Below, piece by piece: positions 26,468 to 40,696 of a stretch of DNA of 64,000 bases. The position numbers were made by a program, and so were the translations under genes. Source of the stretch: Mobula hypostoma (lineage: Eukaryota); the NCBI RefSeq assembly GCF_963921235.1, contig NC_086119.1, positions 43,896,001-43,960,000 of the forward strand. The letters run 5' to 3'. The stretch's first letter is position 1. Each line of letters starts with the position of its first letter. The notes under the pieces are model-generated. The model did no database searches and was not told the DNA's origin. It worked only from the letters and a program-made list of their open reading frames with translations.

Positions 26468-28061
26468 GCAATGAGTTGCAGTGTTCTGGATCCTGATGTG
26501 TCTTTAGACATAGACTAATCATGTCATGTGATCCCACTAGTTTTGTTAATAAAGCATTTCTGAATGGAATCATAGAAAAGTTACAACAAATGAAAGCAAC
26601 TGTTCACCCTGATGAAGAGCCAACTAGCTTAACCCCTCCTCTGAACACTGTTCATATCCTGGCAGTGCACATCAAAGTACTTTTTAAAATGTGATAAGTG
26701 ATTCTGCCTTTTCATTTTTCAGTAGTGGGTTTCAGACCCTCAGCACTCTCAAGGTGAAAAACTTTTTTTCATCATTTCTTCTCTTTGTCTTCTACCAATT
26801 ATTTTAAATCTCTACCTCCTGGTTTTTGATCCCTCTGCTAAAGAAAATAAGCCCTCTGTTTAACCCCTCATAAATGAATTCACCTCAGATGAAGCCTCCT
26901 CCATTCCAAAGTAAATATCCCAAAGTTAACCAATCTTTCCTCGTAGGTAGTTTTCCCATCCCAGAATCATCCTTAAAGGTCTTCTCTGTACTTTTCTCAA
27001 ATACAATCGCATTTCCTGTAAACAGATGATCAGGGTAGTATTCAAACTGTGGGACAACTCATCTGGTATAGAGTTACAGTATAACATATTTGCTTTATAT
27101 TCTATGTCTCAGGTAAGGAAAGGAAAGCATCCCATATGCCTTTTTAACCATCTTGTGAGTCAAAAGCCCATTTCCCTTCTGCTCCACTTTATATCCTACC
27201 TTGCACTATGCGTACTTACTCTTGCTGCACCTTCCAAATGCAATGTCTTACGTTTTCTGGATTACGTTCCACTTTCCACATTTCTGCCCATACCTTCCTA
27301 CAGTTGAAAGCTTTCCTCCTCAATTACGTGCATAAACAGTTTAGTGTTACCGTGAATTATTAATCTTTATTGCAAAAAGAAAGAAACCGAGTAATAACCC
27401 TGTGGAACTCCACTATCCATCCCTTTCCAGTCACACACCTTCCATCAACCATTAATCTTGGCTTCATACCATTGAGCCAGTTATGGATCTGTCTTGCTTT
27501 GCTCCCCGAACCTACCATTTGGAGCCACACAGACCTCATCAATGCACTGCTCCCGTTTTCTCTTCCCACAACCATCAGCTTCCCTTGGAGATGCCGCTAA
27601 TTTGAGCCACCCCCCCCCCCCAATGCTCTCGGAGTTGTTATTGAAAGTCTGAGATTTATGGATTGGACTGTAGTTCATATTGGCCTCTTTCTTGCTCATT
27701 CTTTCTTGTTGCCAATTGGCAGCTGGGGTTTGGGGTTTGATGTTCTTGTTGTTTTCCATGTGGGGGAATATGTTAGTTTTTGTGTGAGGGAGGGGTTGGC
27801 GGGGGTTTGGCGTTTGCGAGTTTTTGATGTCTTTCTTTCATTTACTTCTATGGTTACTGTATTTTATGGCTATCTGGAGAAGGCAAATCTCAGAGTTGTA
27901 TTCTGCATACATATTTGATAATAAAATGTACCTTTGTGCTGTCGAAATGGAAAATATTAACTTATGAGTAAGTATGATGAAGGAAGGTAGGAAAACTGAT
28001 TTGGGTAAGATTTATGTCTTGAGAAGAAACCTTAGCCTTTTGGTGTTGTTTTTCTTCACAG

Positions 28062-28157
28062 GAACAACTTGCTTTGCTTATAACAGAAGCTCAGATGCAA
28101 AAGAACAACATGGAGAGACACATAAACAAATTAAAACACAACAGAGCCCGTATTATG
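28062..28157 (+). CDS. TRIM50: TRIM50 coding exon 2 (96 nt), EQLALLITEAQMQKNNMERHINKLKHNRARIM
   Basis: ttcacag acceptor, gtgagt donor; typical 96-nt coiled-coil exon; matches EELAALISE...NRTRIV. Confidence 0.93.
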
Positions 28158-28431
28158 GTGAGTCTAATAACTCCTGGGGTGGTTTATGATGTTTCCTGCA
28201 TGCTTTCTTTTTGAAAAGATAATTTTTTATTGTTCTTCTTTGATATAAAATCCAACAATTCTTTATAAGAGAACTTTATCATCAGTTTTCTTGGCAGTGT
28301 CGATCCCTACCACACAGCATGTTCTGAAAGGCGTTCTTCTAAAACTCTCTTGGTGGCAACAGTTGTCACAGTAGTTCACATGTATGTATGGCTGGCATAC
28401 AATGTTATGAGAGATGTAGATTGTGGAGATA

Positions 28432-29000
28432 CAGTGGATTCTGGTTAATTAGGACACTTTGGGACTAGGATATTTTGGCCCAATTAAGCGACTGCACCAA
28501 TTAGCCAAAGTTTCATGGAAATAGTTAAAAACATATAAAAAATCTAACGACTATTTAACTGAGTAATAAGTTATGCATTTAAATGAAACATAGAACAAAT
28601 TAGAACACTAACAATGCTACTAAAACTATAAAACTGTAGTTCCTAATAGTTATTGATGCAGGAATTCATCAAGTGTACCTGCCGTGTTCTTTTGATTGAC
28701 TATAAATGAACAAAATCAGTGCAGGCACCTAGTGCAGAAAGTGGACTGTCTTTATACAATTACATCCTCCAAATTTTCATTTTCATTGTAATATTCAAGA
28801 TGATTGTCGATATCTTCAAATTCTTCATAGTTCCAACTTGTTGAAGAATTGTTTCATCTTTACTACCAGCTACTTCTGGCATCTCCAAGCCTGAATGCTT
28901 GAAATCAAAGTGAGCAAAACAGTTCAGAATTGTCTTACTGCTTACTTTTTGCCAACTATCAGTGACAAAAATTACTACTTTTTGAATACAGGTGCATGTA
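28432..29000 (-). mobile_element. Tigger/pogo-like DNA transposon remnant
   Basis: TA followed by cagtggattctggttaatt terminus; DSWQKVSSKTILNCFAHFDF motif. Confidence 0.7.
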
Positions 29001-29327
29001 ATTTGCAACACTTACAGTGTATTTGGATGAGCATTTAAAATTACATGCCATAGACAATGAGTTGAGTGCTGAGAAATGGAATTGGTGTAGATAGGTGTGG
29101 ACAGTTGGGACTCTTCCTGTGCTCTATCTGTGCTATATGGCTCTATTTATCTTTATTAGATGGAAGAGTGTCCATAGGTAGACACAGTCTTTCTGTGATC
29201 ACTGTAGCATCGTGTATTCTGCGAAGGAAAGATGTGCGCCACATTGTTCACCAACTTACTCGGGTGTTGCATAATTTGCCTTTGTTTTTCTGTTCTTTCC
29301 AAAAAATAACAGGTTTAAGACTTTACT

Positions 29328-29730
29328 TGTCACCCCTGCGGATATGGCCCAGGTGTGGAGTGAGGGACACTGAAGCAGATCGATAGTTCACAGACTTTAA
29401 TGCAAACAGTGTTAAAGGGAAAAGAAAACAATAAATGCTAGGCCAAACAGGGCTGTTAACTAAAACTCTCAAAAGGAAAGCGAAGCCTACACTATGATTG
29501 AAAAGATCAACTAAGAACAAAATGAATACCACTAGTGTTCAGAGTTAGTTGACTCAACAGTCCAATTTCTCAGACAAGGCCGAATGCAAGCAGGCAATGA
29601 AGTGTTGCTGTGTCCAAGTCTTGACAAATACTATGACGGAATGAATGGAGTTAAATACTATCACAATGAAATAATTAGCTGACACGTGCATATTCACGGC
29701 TGAATCTGCTGTACTGCTGAATCCGTGACA
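29328..29730 (-). mobile_element. Solo LTR (403 bp), probably Gypsy-type
   Basis: TGTCAC...GTGACA inverted termini; 5-bp near-TSD ttact/atact; ATTAAA and TATTTAA on the minus strand. Confidence 0.75.
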
Positions 29731-30704
29731 ATACTATTCATGATAAATCTACCATAACTACACATATATAAATGTAATAAAGCAGAATAACAGAACAAAT
29801 ACTTAATCTGTTTATACTATTTTAAAATGTTCTGCCATTCTAAAAAAAAATTATTTTTATTGAAGGAATGACACAATACAGAATATGTAATGCATTACAT
29901 TTTCTTCCATTTTGCTTTTATATCTTTATATCTTTTATATAAAAAAATGTTGTGCCACTTACAAAACACGTAAGATATTAGGAGAGTTTTCTCGAATCAT
30001 CTGAGTTAGTAGGTCGATATTGTAAATGCTACCATGGGTCATAGAAGCCTGAACTCTTTGCTGCAATATGGAATCTCATGGTTGAAGTCGTGGAGATGGG
30101 AAATATGAAGAAATAATTTTTCCCCCCTGTTTTAAGACCCCTAGGAGTTCTTCCCACCAGGGAGCAATTTTGCTATTAACCAGTTTTGTAACTCACTTTG
30201 GAAGATGTGAGATTCCACTAGTAGATTTAACATTTTCACTATTAATCGTGCATTTGTAAAATCTGTATTATATCTCATAGACAACTTTTGGTGATGATGG
30301 TGTTGATCACTTTACAAACAGCAGGTGAACTCCAGTCACTTTTTGCAGGACAGGACAAGGTCTTTGTTCTGGGGACTGCCCAGAGAAACAGACAATTTTT
30401 TTCCATGCTCTAACGAAGGTGTATTGTGCTCCTTGACCCTATCCAGATTGATTATTCACATGGAAAATGCAACTTCCTTTGACAAAACTAATGTAACTTG
30501 CATCGCCTACTTTACCAGCTTTCCACGCTAACGGCAGGGAGCATTCCTTTCAGGGAAACCATAATTTATTAATTGTTGTTCAGTTTATTCCCTTTAAGCC
30601 TGCTGCTCTGCTTGCTAATCTTCTTGCTCTATGCTTTCTCTGAAGTATTTATTCAATTTTTCCTCAAGAGAGTTTTATCCCGCTTTTTGTGTGTGCTCCA
30701 CTAG

Positions 30705-30935
30705 AATGAATCTGATGTCTGCAAATTGGTGATTCAGAAAGAGTTCCAGGAACTTAGAAGTTTTGTTGATGAGGAAGAGGCCAGCTTCATTCAGTCCATT
30801 CAGCTAAAGTGCACCACAGCCGTTGAGACAATTGATGAACAATTGGAAGAGACGTCCAAAATACTAAAGCAGTTGAAGGAAGTTGAGGTTTCATTGAAAA
30901 AATTGGGCAATGAAAATCACTTAGATTTCATACGG
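30705..30935 (+). CDS. TRIM50: TRIM50 coding exon 3 (231 nt), NESDVCKLVIQKEFQEL...GNENHLDFIR
   Basis: ctag acceptor, gtaagt donor; matches NESDVFSWVIRREFQEL. Confidence 0.95.
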
Positions 30936-30977
30936 GTAAGTAGAATTACCTTTGTGCATTCAAGCTTGATTTATAAT

Positions 30978-31259
30978 TTATTTATTTATTGAGATACAGC
31001 GCGAAATAGGCCTCTGAGCCGTGCTGCCCAGCAATCCCCCAATTTAACCCTAGCCTAATCACGGGACAATTTACAATGCCCAATCAACCTACTAACTGGT
31101 ACACCTTTGGAATGTGGGAGGAAACTGGAGCACCCAGAGGTAACCCACGCGGTCACAGAGGGGAAACGTACAAACTCCTTATAGGCAGCTGCGGGAATTG
31201 AACCCAGGTCACTGGCACTGTAAAGCATTGTGTTAACCACTATGCTACTGTGCTGCCCC
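30978..31259 (-). mobile_element. HE1/V-SINE-like SINE, near full length
   Basis: tRNA head with ggttcaattccc B box on the minus strand, V core and (taaa)n tail. Confidence 0.85.
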
Positions 31260-31319
31260 AGATTGAATCATATGGATAATCGTCAGAAGAAATAGGAAAG
31301 AATGTTAATATATGTCTAG

Positions 31320-31850
31320 ACGGTAACATTGTGGTTGGCATAATGCTATTTCAGCACCAGCGATCAGCGATTGGTGTTCAATTTCTACCACTGTTGGCAA
31401 GGAGTTGGTACCTTCTCCCCATGACTGCATGGGATTCCTCCAGGTGCTAAAGTTTCCTCCCTCATTCAAAAGACATACAAGTTAGGGTAGTGCTGGTGGT
31501 GTAGTGGTATCGGTACCTGGACCTTGGAACAAAAGGTCCCAAGTTCAGATCCGGCCGGCTCCTTGCACGTTTTCCATCCGTGCTGGGTTGACCGTCAAGC
31601 TAGCAACTCAGCCTCGTAAAAACAGACAAACACTAAAGAAACAGCAAGGTTGCCCCCTGATGCACCAAACAAGGCGTGGAAAGGAACTTACACATTAGGG
31701 TTAGTAAGTTCTGGGCTCTGCAAGCCTGGTAACAGTCGCAGGTTGCCCCCAGCAAATATTCAAAGTGTGTTGGTTATTGATGCAATTTATGCATTTCACT
31801 GTACCTTTTGATGTTTCAATATCCATGTGAAAAATTAAAGCTGATCTTTT
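31320..31850 (+). mobile_element. V-SINE-like element with a nested tRNA-SINE (~31491-31690)
   Basis: V core 31390-31480; the nested part is homologous to 11501-11720. Confidence 0.7.
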
Positions 31851-33008
31851 AAGAAAATGGAAAGGTGTTAAATGTAGAAACTATAATGTATTGGGGATGC
31901 AGCTAGATAATCTGTCAATTCTAATTCACTTTCTGACTGCTAATCGTTGTTGTAGTTTTACTATTTCTCACATTTTTCAAAATTCGTGCTGACCATTTGT
32001 AATGAACAACAAATATCTTATTAAATTGAAGTACCTGTTATTGCTGATCTTAGTGGGCTCACTTTCTGCTTTCTGACTGCTGAAGAGCCATATTTTATTA
32101 AATGAATTTAATTTTGATGATTCAGCAAAGATTCCAGCAACTCAAAAATTTGATGAAGAGTTCAACATTATGCAGATTATAATTTTAGAGTGCACTTTTG
32201 TCAGTTTGTCAATTCCACAATAGCATCAGCTTTATTGGAATAGGAGACAATCTGGGTTATTATTATAGCACTGAAATATTGATTGCACCTCAATAAAATG
32301 AAAGGCAATATAAGAACATGGTAATCAATAACCAACAAATCATGCCATTTGTCAAATAACTGCAACATATATAGTACTGATGAATCAAGTAGAAAGAAGA
32401 CCTTCACAGGATATCAGAGGGTCAAGGGTCACTGCACAGTTGATGTGATCTTGGCAGATTTAGCCAAATGTAATATGTGTTAATACTTACACCTCAGGGA
32501 TTTTTTGCCTTGAAGCAAAAATTTATAAAAATGACCTATTAATTCAGAATTGACAAGAATCAATCTCCTTCTACCTTCTTAAGAGCAGTATGCTTAGATA
32601 AGTTTTCATCTATGTAACATGAGAAGACAGGCTCTGAACATTGAAGAATTGACATCCAATTGTGGAAAGATGGAACACATTTAATCTTACACAGAAGTAG
32701 CTTTACTATTGCACACCCATCACTATAGGGAATCTGGAGTTAAGCCCAGGGCCTCTTCCCCTGAAAAATGGAATCAAGTACATAGTTGTGTAAGATAGGG
32801 GTCAGCTGGAACCTGCTGGGTCAGCTGGAACCTGCTGGTCAACAATATTGACAATCACTGATAGCAGGTCACTCCTCTGCTTTCTTGGTAAGTCCAGGGA
32901 ATGCGGAAATGTGATAATATCAAATATCATTGGAAGTTAATGGTTAATGTTACCCTTTCTAATTTATTTCTTAAAATCTTTTCATCTTATTTTCTCAACA
33001 TTCTGCAG

Positions 33009-33031
33009 GACTACAATTCGATTGCCTCAAG
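33009..33031 (+). CDS. TRIM50: TRIM50 micro-exon (23 nt), DYNSIAS(R)
   Basis: Long pyrimidine tract with ctgcag acceptor, gtaagt donor; typical 23-nt TRIM exon that keeps the frame. Confidence 0.9.
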
Positions 33032-34700
33032 GTAAGTACAATTTCCAATTTCTCTGTTGCTTTATTCAGTGCTGATGGAACAAGGTTAATAATGCTGTCC
33101 TGCAGTGGGCATGTATGGATTTCCTCCAGTCTGCCAAATCTCCTGAAAAGTTCAGAAGCAGGAGTCTGAAACTAGGGAAGCACTAAACTTTACAGACCAG
33201 GAGTGATTCCTATCCCAGAGTGATCAGAATTCAGGACATGCAAAAATAAAAATGAGTAAAGATTCATCCTTCTATTCAACAGTGATCCCTGGAGGAAAGT
33301 GTGGCTACTGGGTGAGGGCAGAATGGGAGTTGTTTGTAACAACCCCTCTGGAACGACTAACAAAGGAGCTATGGCACTGCATTGGTTTAAGGGCACTATC
33401 AAAGGATGGCTGCATTTGTTCTTTGCTGGAGACCAAGTCTGGAAGTTGGGATACCAGCAGCTCTTTGGCCCTGTAGTATCAACAGCTTCACTAACTGGAA
33501 AACTGGGAGGAAAAGGAGTATTTAGGTTGAAGAGGAAACTGTGGAGGGAGGTGGGTTAGGGTCAAGGAGATCAGGAAAGGAGATCACTGGGGCAAGAAAG
33601 TCCTTTATTTAAGTACATCACTCACCCATCTCTGCTCTGAGTGGGTGACTAGAATGCTAATGTGAGACTTCAATCACATTAAGTATCAGATGCAAATGTT
33701 TCGAGAGGGTGAGGACTGCTTTGTGTACTGCCTCATTGCCCCCTTTGTGTTGATCCTGCGTACAGTTATCCAGAGTGACCATCAAACCTGCAGTATTGAG
33801 ACCTACAATTGACTACTGAAGCTAATGGTTCCTTAAATCATGAAGTTACTAATCACTTGGTTATCAAAACTTTTTGTATGTAATTCCTTACTTTAAAAGA
33901 TACATAGACTAGGTACTGTCCATTTAACTCATTGAGCCTACTTATCACCCTGGTCCTCCACCACCAAACACATCTTCCGCTCTGATTCCGAGTACAGTAA
34001 TCAATTCTGAAGAATTTCAAATTCTATTGATGAAACAGGCATCAAATAAAATATATTTCCTTATTTTCAGTGTATAACTCCTTTAATAGTGGTGCTTTCT
34101 TATTTTCTTGACTGGGTTAAACTTGCTTCATCCCAGTGCACTAACTTATCAACATCTTTGATAGTTAAGATTGAAGTGGGTACTTTATGGAGCTCAGTAA
34201 ATATTGATAAGGGAAACTACTGAGATCAGGTACCAGTTTAAGAGAGGTGACCTCTAGATAGGGAAGAGCATCAAAGCAGGTTTAAAGATTGCAAGAATTT
34301 ATTTGAGTTTAAACAAAAGGTGGTGCATGTTGGTGTTGAGTTCTGCATTGATTAGACAAGTCCCTTTCTATTAAATATGATTCCAATTTGTCAAACTGCA
34401 AATGATTCTTATCACAGCCTCAGTGTTTAGAAATGTCAATTCCCATTGCACAATGGGTGTTAGTAATAGACTTCAACAATGCCAGGAACAATAGTATTTC
34501 ACACAAATAATTGTACTGCATTAGCAAATAGATGATTGTGATATTTACACAGGAAATAGCAGTTACTATTCCCAGAGTAGTGACATTGCTCATGACTCCA
34601 TCGATTGTTTCCACTTCCACACAAAATGACTGAGTCATTTTGACATTATCAGAAGAAAAGATACAATGGTAAATTTGGACATTGAGTTGGCAGTGAAGTT

Positions 34701-35556
34701 CAGAATCAGAATCAGGTTTAGTATCACCGTCATATGTCGTGAAATCTGTTAACTTAGCGGCAGCAGTACAATGCAATACATGATAAATATAGGAAAAAAA
34801 GTAAATCAATTACAGTAAGTGTATATATATTAAATAGTTAAACTAAAAATAGTGCAAAAACAGAAATAATTTTTTTAAGTGAGGTAGTGTTCACAGGTTC
34901 AATGTCCGTCTAGGAATTGTTTGGCAGAGGGGAAGAAGCTGTTCCTGAATCGCCGAGTGTGTGCCTTCAGGCTTCTGTACCTCCTTCCTGATGGTAACAA
35001 TGAGAAGACAGCGTGTCCTGGTTGATAGGGGTGCTTAATAATGGACGCTGCCTCATTGAGGGACCGCTCCTTGAAGATGTCTTGGATATTATGGCTAGTA
35101 CTCAAGATGGAGCTGACTAATTTTACAACTTTCTGTAGCTCCTTTCAATTCTGTACAGTAGCCCCTCCCCCCCACCTCAATACGAGACGGTGATGCAGCC
35201 TGTCAGAATGCTCTCCACTGTACATCTGTAGAAGTTTTCGAGTGTTTTAGATGACAAACCAAATCTCCCCAAACTCAATGAAAAATAGCCACTGTCTTGC
35301 CTTCTTTATAGCTGTATCGATATGTTGGGGCCAGGTTAGATCCTCAGAAATCATGACACCAGGAACTTGAAATTGTTCACTCTCTCCACTTTGGATCCCT
35401 CTGTGAAGATTGGTTCATATGCTCTTGTTTTACCCTTTCTGAAATCCACAAACAGCTCTTTGGTCTTACTGTTGATGAGCGCAAGGTTGCTGCTGTGACA
35501 CCAGCCAACTAGTGGTACATCTCGCTCCTGTACACCTTCTCGTCTCCATCTGAGAT
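34701..35556 (-). mobile_element. Rex-Babar/L2-like LINE 3' part with (attctg)n tail
   Basis: HPYQPGHAVFSLLPSGRRYRSLKAHTRRFRNSFFP; cagaatcagaatcagg end. Confidence 0.85.
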
Positions 35557-36595
35557 CCTACCAAGCAACACATACAAAATGCTGGAGGAACTCAGCAGGC
35601 CAGGCAGTATCTATGGAAAAGAGTACAGATGGCGTTTCAGACCGAGACCCTTCATCAGAACTGGCTATCAGAATCAAATAGCTCTGCCTTTCCAAAGTGA
35701 AGTAAAACAACACAAAGGATGCTGATGCAACAGCACAATTTTCTCCAAAAATGTGCATTTCATCCATTACCTCACCTTCAGTTCTACCAATAGTGTATTT
35801 TTTTCCCATTTTCACTGTCAATAGATTCATCTAAGTGAGGGATTGGAGTTTTTTTCTTGTTTTGAGCAGGCCCATTGTGAATTGTGCAAAGACCACCCAA
35901 ACACACTTGTCACTTTATTGACAAGTTTGCTAGTTTGATAGCTCAGGAATCCAGTTTAAATCATAGTGCCTAAACCTTCCCAAAAATTGTATGCAAGTAG
36001 CTTCACATTTTTGTATATCATAAGATATAGGGACAGAATTAGGCCATTTAACCCATCAAGTTCTGCTCCGCATAGGAAGTGTGAACGTTTTCACAACATC
36101 CAGCGATAAACAGGCAGCAATTAAATAGTAAGTGGTTGATTTTGATCAGCTGGGCAGTCCTACCTGTGGCTCAACAAATAGAAAGACCAGTGGAACTCTA
36201 AGAATCTTTTTGCTAAAATATTTAAGGAGTGAAAGTTTGAAATATCTAGAACACAGTCTAAAATAAGAAATTTTATCTTGTGTTCTTATAAATAATGCCA
36301 CTTAATTTCACAATGTAACGGTAGATTTTGATTTATATAAGCTTCGAGCCCACTACTATGACCGAGTAATTCCAGAAGCATTTTGGAAAGCACTGAGAAG
36401 AAAAGGAGAGATTTTCAGAAAGCTGACAAGATCCCTCTATTCTGTTTAGGGTTGCAAGCCAGAAAGTATTTCCCCTTTAATCGTAGAGGCATCAAAGCCC
36501 ATTGACAGTAGATACACTGCATCAATTAGCTATGGTCAGTTTAGTGACTGTGGTTTCCATGATTCGGGTATTTTATATATGTACTCTCTTTCTAG

Positions 36596-36720
36596 ATGCC
36601 AACAGACACCACAGCCAGAGTCAGACAAAACCTTCAGTACCATCTCCTTCAAGCCTGGCTTTAGGCATGATGACATCAAACTTACAGTTTGGAAAAGACT
36701 GCAGAAGCGGATTTTACCAG
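36596..36720 (+). CDS. TRIM50: TRIM50 coding exon 5 (125 nt), ...FSTISFKPGFRHDDIKLTVWKRLQKRILP
   Basis: Matches TRIM50 SFKPGLHQADIKLTVWKRL; tctag acceptor, gtgggt donor. Confidence 0.95.
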
Positions 36721-38183
36721 GTGGGTTTGAAAATTGGCCTTGTCAGCAAATTGGATCCCGATGAAAGATGGTGTTGGCAACAAGATTTATGTAGAAAGTA
36801 TTTAGGTTAAAATTTATTCCCAGCTTAGATCATGAACTGAATTAGTATTGCTGGGGGCATTGACACCAGTCTGTCCAGGAGTACTGGCGAAAGACTTCCG
36901 TTGGTCCACTTTACGTAAAGGTGCACTTTGTGTTTGTAAGGGGTACTGACTTGGAATTTATTTTTCAATGGCTGAGCACATTAACCTGAGTATTAACTGT
37001 TTCTTCTTGCATCCAGGAACCTCTACATCATCCAAGCCAAAGCTATTGATTTGATCATAACTCCATCTTTACCTGTAACTTTAGCATACTGTGCCTGAAG
37101 TGTGTAAGGTGCACAGGAGTCATTGCAACCCCTCAGCAAGGTTTCTTTCATGAGCCCAAACCCGAGCTATTCAGTATATAGGTCCATCACCACTTAGCAG
37201 GTTCCCCTTTAAGTCACACACCACTCAAACTGAGATGTATCTTGCTGTCTCTTCATTCTGCTGGGGCTAACACTACTTTCTCATGTAACAATAGGAATGA
37301 AAATAATAGCCTTGCTAACATCAGCCGTATCACCGAAATGAACCAAAGAGAAAGACAAAACAGGCTTGTTGCAGCACCTCAGTGCTATGATTTGCAATAG
37401 CCCCAACAGGCGGAGAAATATTTGTCATCAAAGTAATCCTTTAGAACTTTAACTCAGAATTTATTATTCAAAGTTCAATGTACATTTTATTATTAAAGTA
37501 TGTATACTTTACACAACCTTGAGATTTGTCTCCTCACAGACAGCCACAAAACAATGAATCCCAATAGAACCCATTCAAAACAAAAGAAGACCGTCCAAAC
37601 ACTCAGTGTGCAGAGGGAGCGAGAGAAAAAAAAACAAAACATGCAAACAATAAAAGCAATCACAAACAAGAGAATATCTGCAGAAGTTGTAAGTCCAAAG
37701 CAACAGACACAAAATGCTGGAGGAACTCATCAGGAAAAGAGTAAACAGTCGACTGGTGAAGTTCTGAAACATTGCCTGTTGAATCTTTTCCATAGATGCT
37801 GCCTGGCCTGCTGATTAAAAGCAAGCACACAGCATTCAGAACAGAAGTTCACAATATCACGGCATCACTGCAGCCGATTCAGAAGTCCACTAGTTGCAGG
37901 CCACAGCCTCAGTACAGCGCAGAGACGTACGAATTCCGTGGAGCAGCACTGACACCTCGACCATTTCAATCTGGCCCAGGGTTTAAATCGTCCAGACTTC
38001 AGGTCGTTCCTCACCCACAAACTTGGGTTCCACCGCCTCGATACGGCCAGTACTCAACCTTTCCAATTCGGCTCGGCTCTTAATTCGATCAAACCTCGGA
38101 TCTTTCTGGTGACTCATACAGTAAGCTTTCCTCCCTACAGCTTCCTGAATACTCAATGCAATTGTTTGTTTGGTTTCTTTCAG

Positions 38184-38731
38184 AACCAGAGGAACTAAAA
38201 TTAGATTCTAGCACCGCGCACCCGCTGTTGATCATAACCAATGGTAGTACCAGGGTAGAATGTGGAACATACCTCAAGCGTTTGTCGTTGGTGCAGGAAC
38301 GATTCGACTACAACACCTGCATTCTTGCCAACAAAGGTTTTTCCTCAGGCAAGCACTACTGGCAAGTGATTGTCAATGACAAGATGAGATGGCGCCTTGG
38401 CGTTATCAAAGGTACCACAGGACGCAAAGGGAAGTTGAACAAGACTCCAGAGAATGGTGTCTGGATGATTGGAGTGAAGGAAGGGAAGATTTATGAGGCA
38501 TACCAGAACCCCAAAATCCAGCTTTCAATCTTAGTGAGGCCTCAGAAGATCGGTGTGTTTCTTGATTATGAGGGAGGGCGACTTTCATTCTATAACGTGG
38601 ACAATCCAGACGAGCTGAGTTTGCTCTATGTATTTGATACAGTCTTTCAAGGAAAGATTTATCCAATTTTTGACCTTTGCTGCGTTGACAAAAGTAATGA
38701 CACAGCACCTATCACGCTCTGTCGTGTTTGA
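38184..38731 (+). CDS. TRIM50: TRIM50 last coding exon, PRY-SPRY (B30.2) domain; total CDS 1428 nt, 475 aa
   Basis: LKLD..TAHPLL, ERFDY, GKHYWQV, WRLGVIKGT, FQGKIYP; tttcag acceptor; TGA at 38729-38731. Confidence 0.95.
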
Positions 38732-40690
38732 ATTTATTACCACATGGAGCAAGGTGCGTCAATCAAATATGAACCACCACCATTCCAATCTCATGGCAAC
38801 TGCTTTAATGTTATGACTGATGCTGCCTAATTTTATAAGATGTCTTATTGTATGAGAGACAGCATTAAGCTCATGATACCTTTCTTTTAAATTTAGTCTC
38901 AGATCTTCTGAGTTAGCAAGAAATATGTTTGTGAAGTTTAGCTGTAAAATGGATTTCTGGTCGTCATTGGCAATGGTTTCTCTTCCCACACCCTCACTGT
39001 CATTTCTGATGCATCCAAAGGGCCTATACTTAGCCCCTTCCTGTTTCACATCTACATAATCCCACTGTCGTGGAATCAAACCCTGATTCCACATGCCAAC
39101 ACATTTAATGGCCAAACCTGGATTCCTATCTTCAGTTCTGGTCACCACAGTACAGGTAGGATGTGAAGGTGCTGGAGAGAATGCAGGGGAGATTCACCCC
39201 TGGAGTATTTCAGTTATAAGACTGGACAGCAATTGCTTTTTATTCCCCAGATACAGAAAGGCTAAGGGATAATCTGATGTAGATAAAGATGAATGTGGAT
39301 GGATGCAATAGTCAGCATGGATGTGATGCCTGAAAGGCATACTCCTGTGCTGAATTACTCTGTAATCCAAAAATGCAGTGTCCGCTTCCAAATGTGAAAT
39401 TACAACTTGTCACTAGTAGTCACTAGACTACTTGTCCAATATCCAAAATGCCCTCTGGATAATTTTTGGAGATATCAAACCCATTGACCTGTCCCATCAC
39501 AATTCCATTTCTTAGCAATTGATTTAATACCTTGCTCTATTAAAGCCTAAGGCTGAACCATCTTTAACAACCTTGGTATCATATCTGACCCCGTGTTGAG
39601 CAGAAGCATGTATTTACATTAACACAAAGACTGCTTGTTTCCACCACCATAATGTCTCTGGGAGGTGTTTCTGCCTCTGCTCAGCTTCTGATGAACTATA
39701 CCAATGCCCTTGTTAGCTCTCGACTCAACTGCTTTAACACCCCTGGCTGACCTCCTTTATAAACGTAAAGACCCATTTGCATGACAGAGCCCACAGGATC
39801 TCCATTATGCACTTTCATAATCATGAGTGCCTTGCTTAGGTGAAATGAATGTGGCAGGTTTTCCAGACTAAGATGGTTTTAGGCCACTGTTGTAGTGGCA
39901 GGTGATGCATTAGCATTCCCAGTTCGGAGAAACCCCAAAACATTGAAATCTTTCCACTGATGTCTGTGCTCCATATCATGAGAACTTGAACCAGAGGAAG
40001 TCAACTGTGGGGTTGGTCAGCCATTCATCTATTTTTAAATCACTAGATTGTCATCAATTTGTTACTGCATGTTGGGAACAAGACAAACAGCAGATACTTG
40101 CTTTTCACCTGAGTGGTAGTCTGTAGTTGGCATGTCATATGCAGTTGATTTCTGTATCATTTTTTAAGACTATGGTCCAGGAAGCTGGGTATTTTTAAAA
40201 AAATCAAAAGTACATTTACTTCTATGAGAAATTGAAGTGAGTCTTCGAATTATTCCACGTGTTGATAGGTTTTTACAGCTGATGATACACTGGAGAACTT
40301 TTGAATGCACTAAAAAATAACCATGTTGATTTTCAAAAGAATAGTTTAATGTAATAGAAATAAGTGCAATTTGCTTGATTCCTGTGCACCTTCTTAATCA
40401 GTCATTGGATCTTAAATCTACTGACTTCATTTAGGCTTGAATGTACATATATGACTCAATGCTAACTCATAGCTGGTATTTCCTGGCACCACAGAACATT
40501 AGAAAGATTTGCAACCTCTAATCTGAATTATAAAATGTTACTGTTCATAGTTTTTGAAATGTTTTAAGTCCCTTTTGTAAAATATAATAATTAAGAGTTT
40601 GTGGAATTAAGTACTTTCTTTCCAGTTTATAACATTAGATCCATAAATCCTCATACTGGATAAAGCTGACTGTATCTTTACTAGTTTTTA

Positions 40691-40696
40691 AATAAA
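40691..40696 (+). terminator. Candidate TRIM50 polyadenylation signal AATAAA
   Basis: AATAAA followed by a T-rich tract about 2 kb after the stop codon; no transcript evidence. Confidence 0.3.
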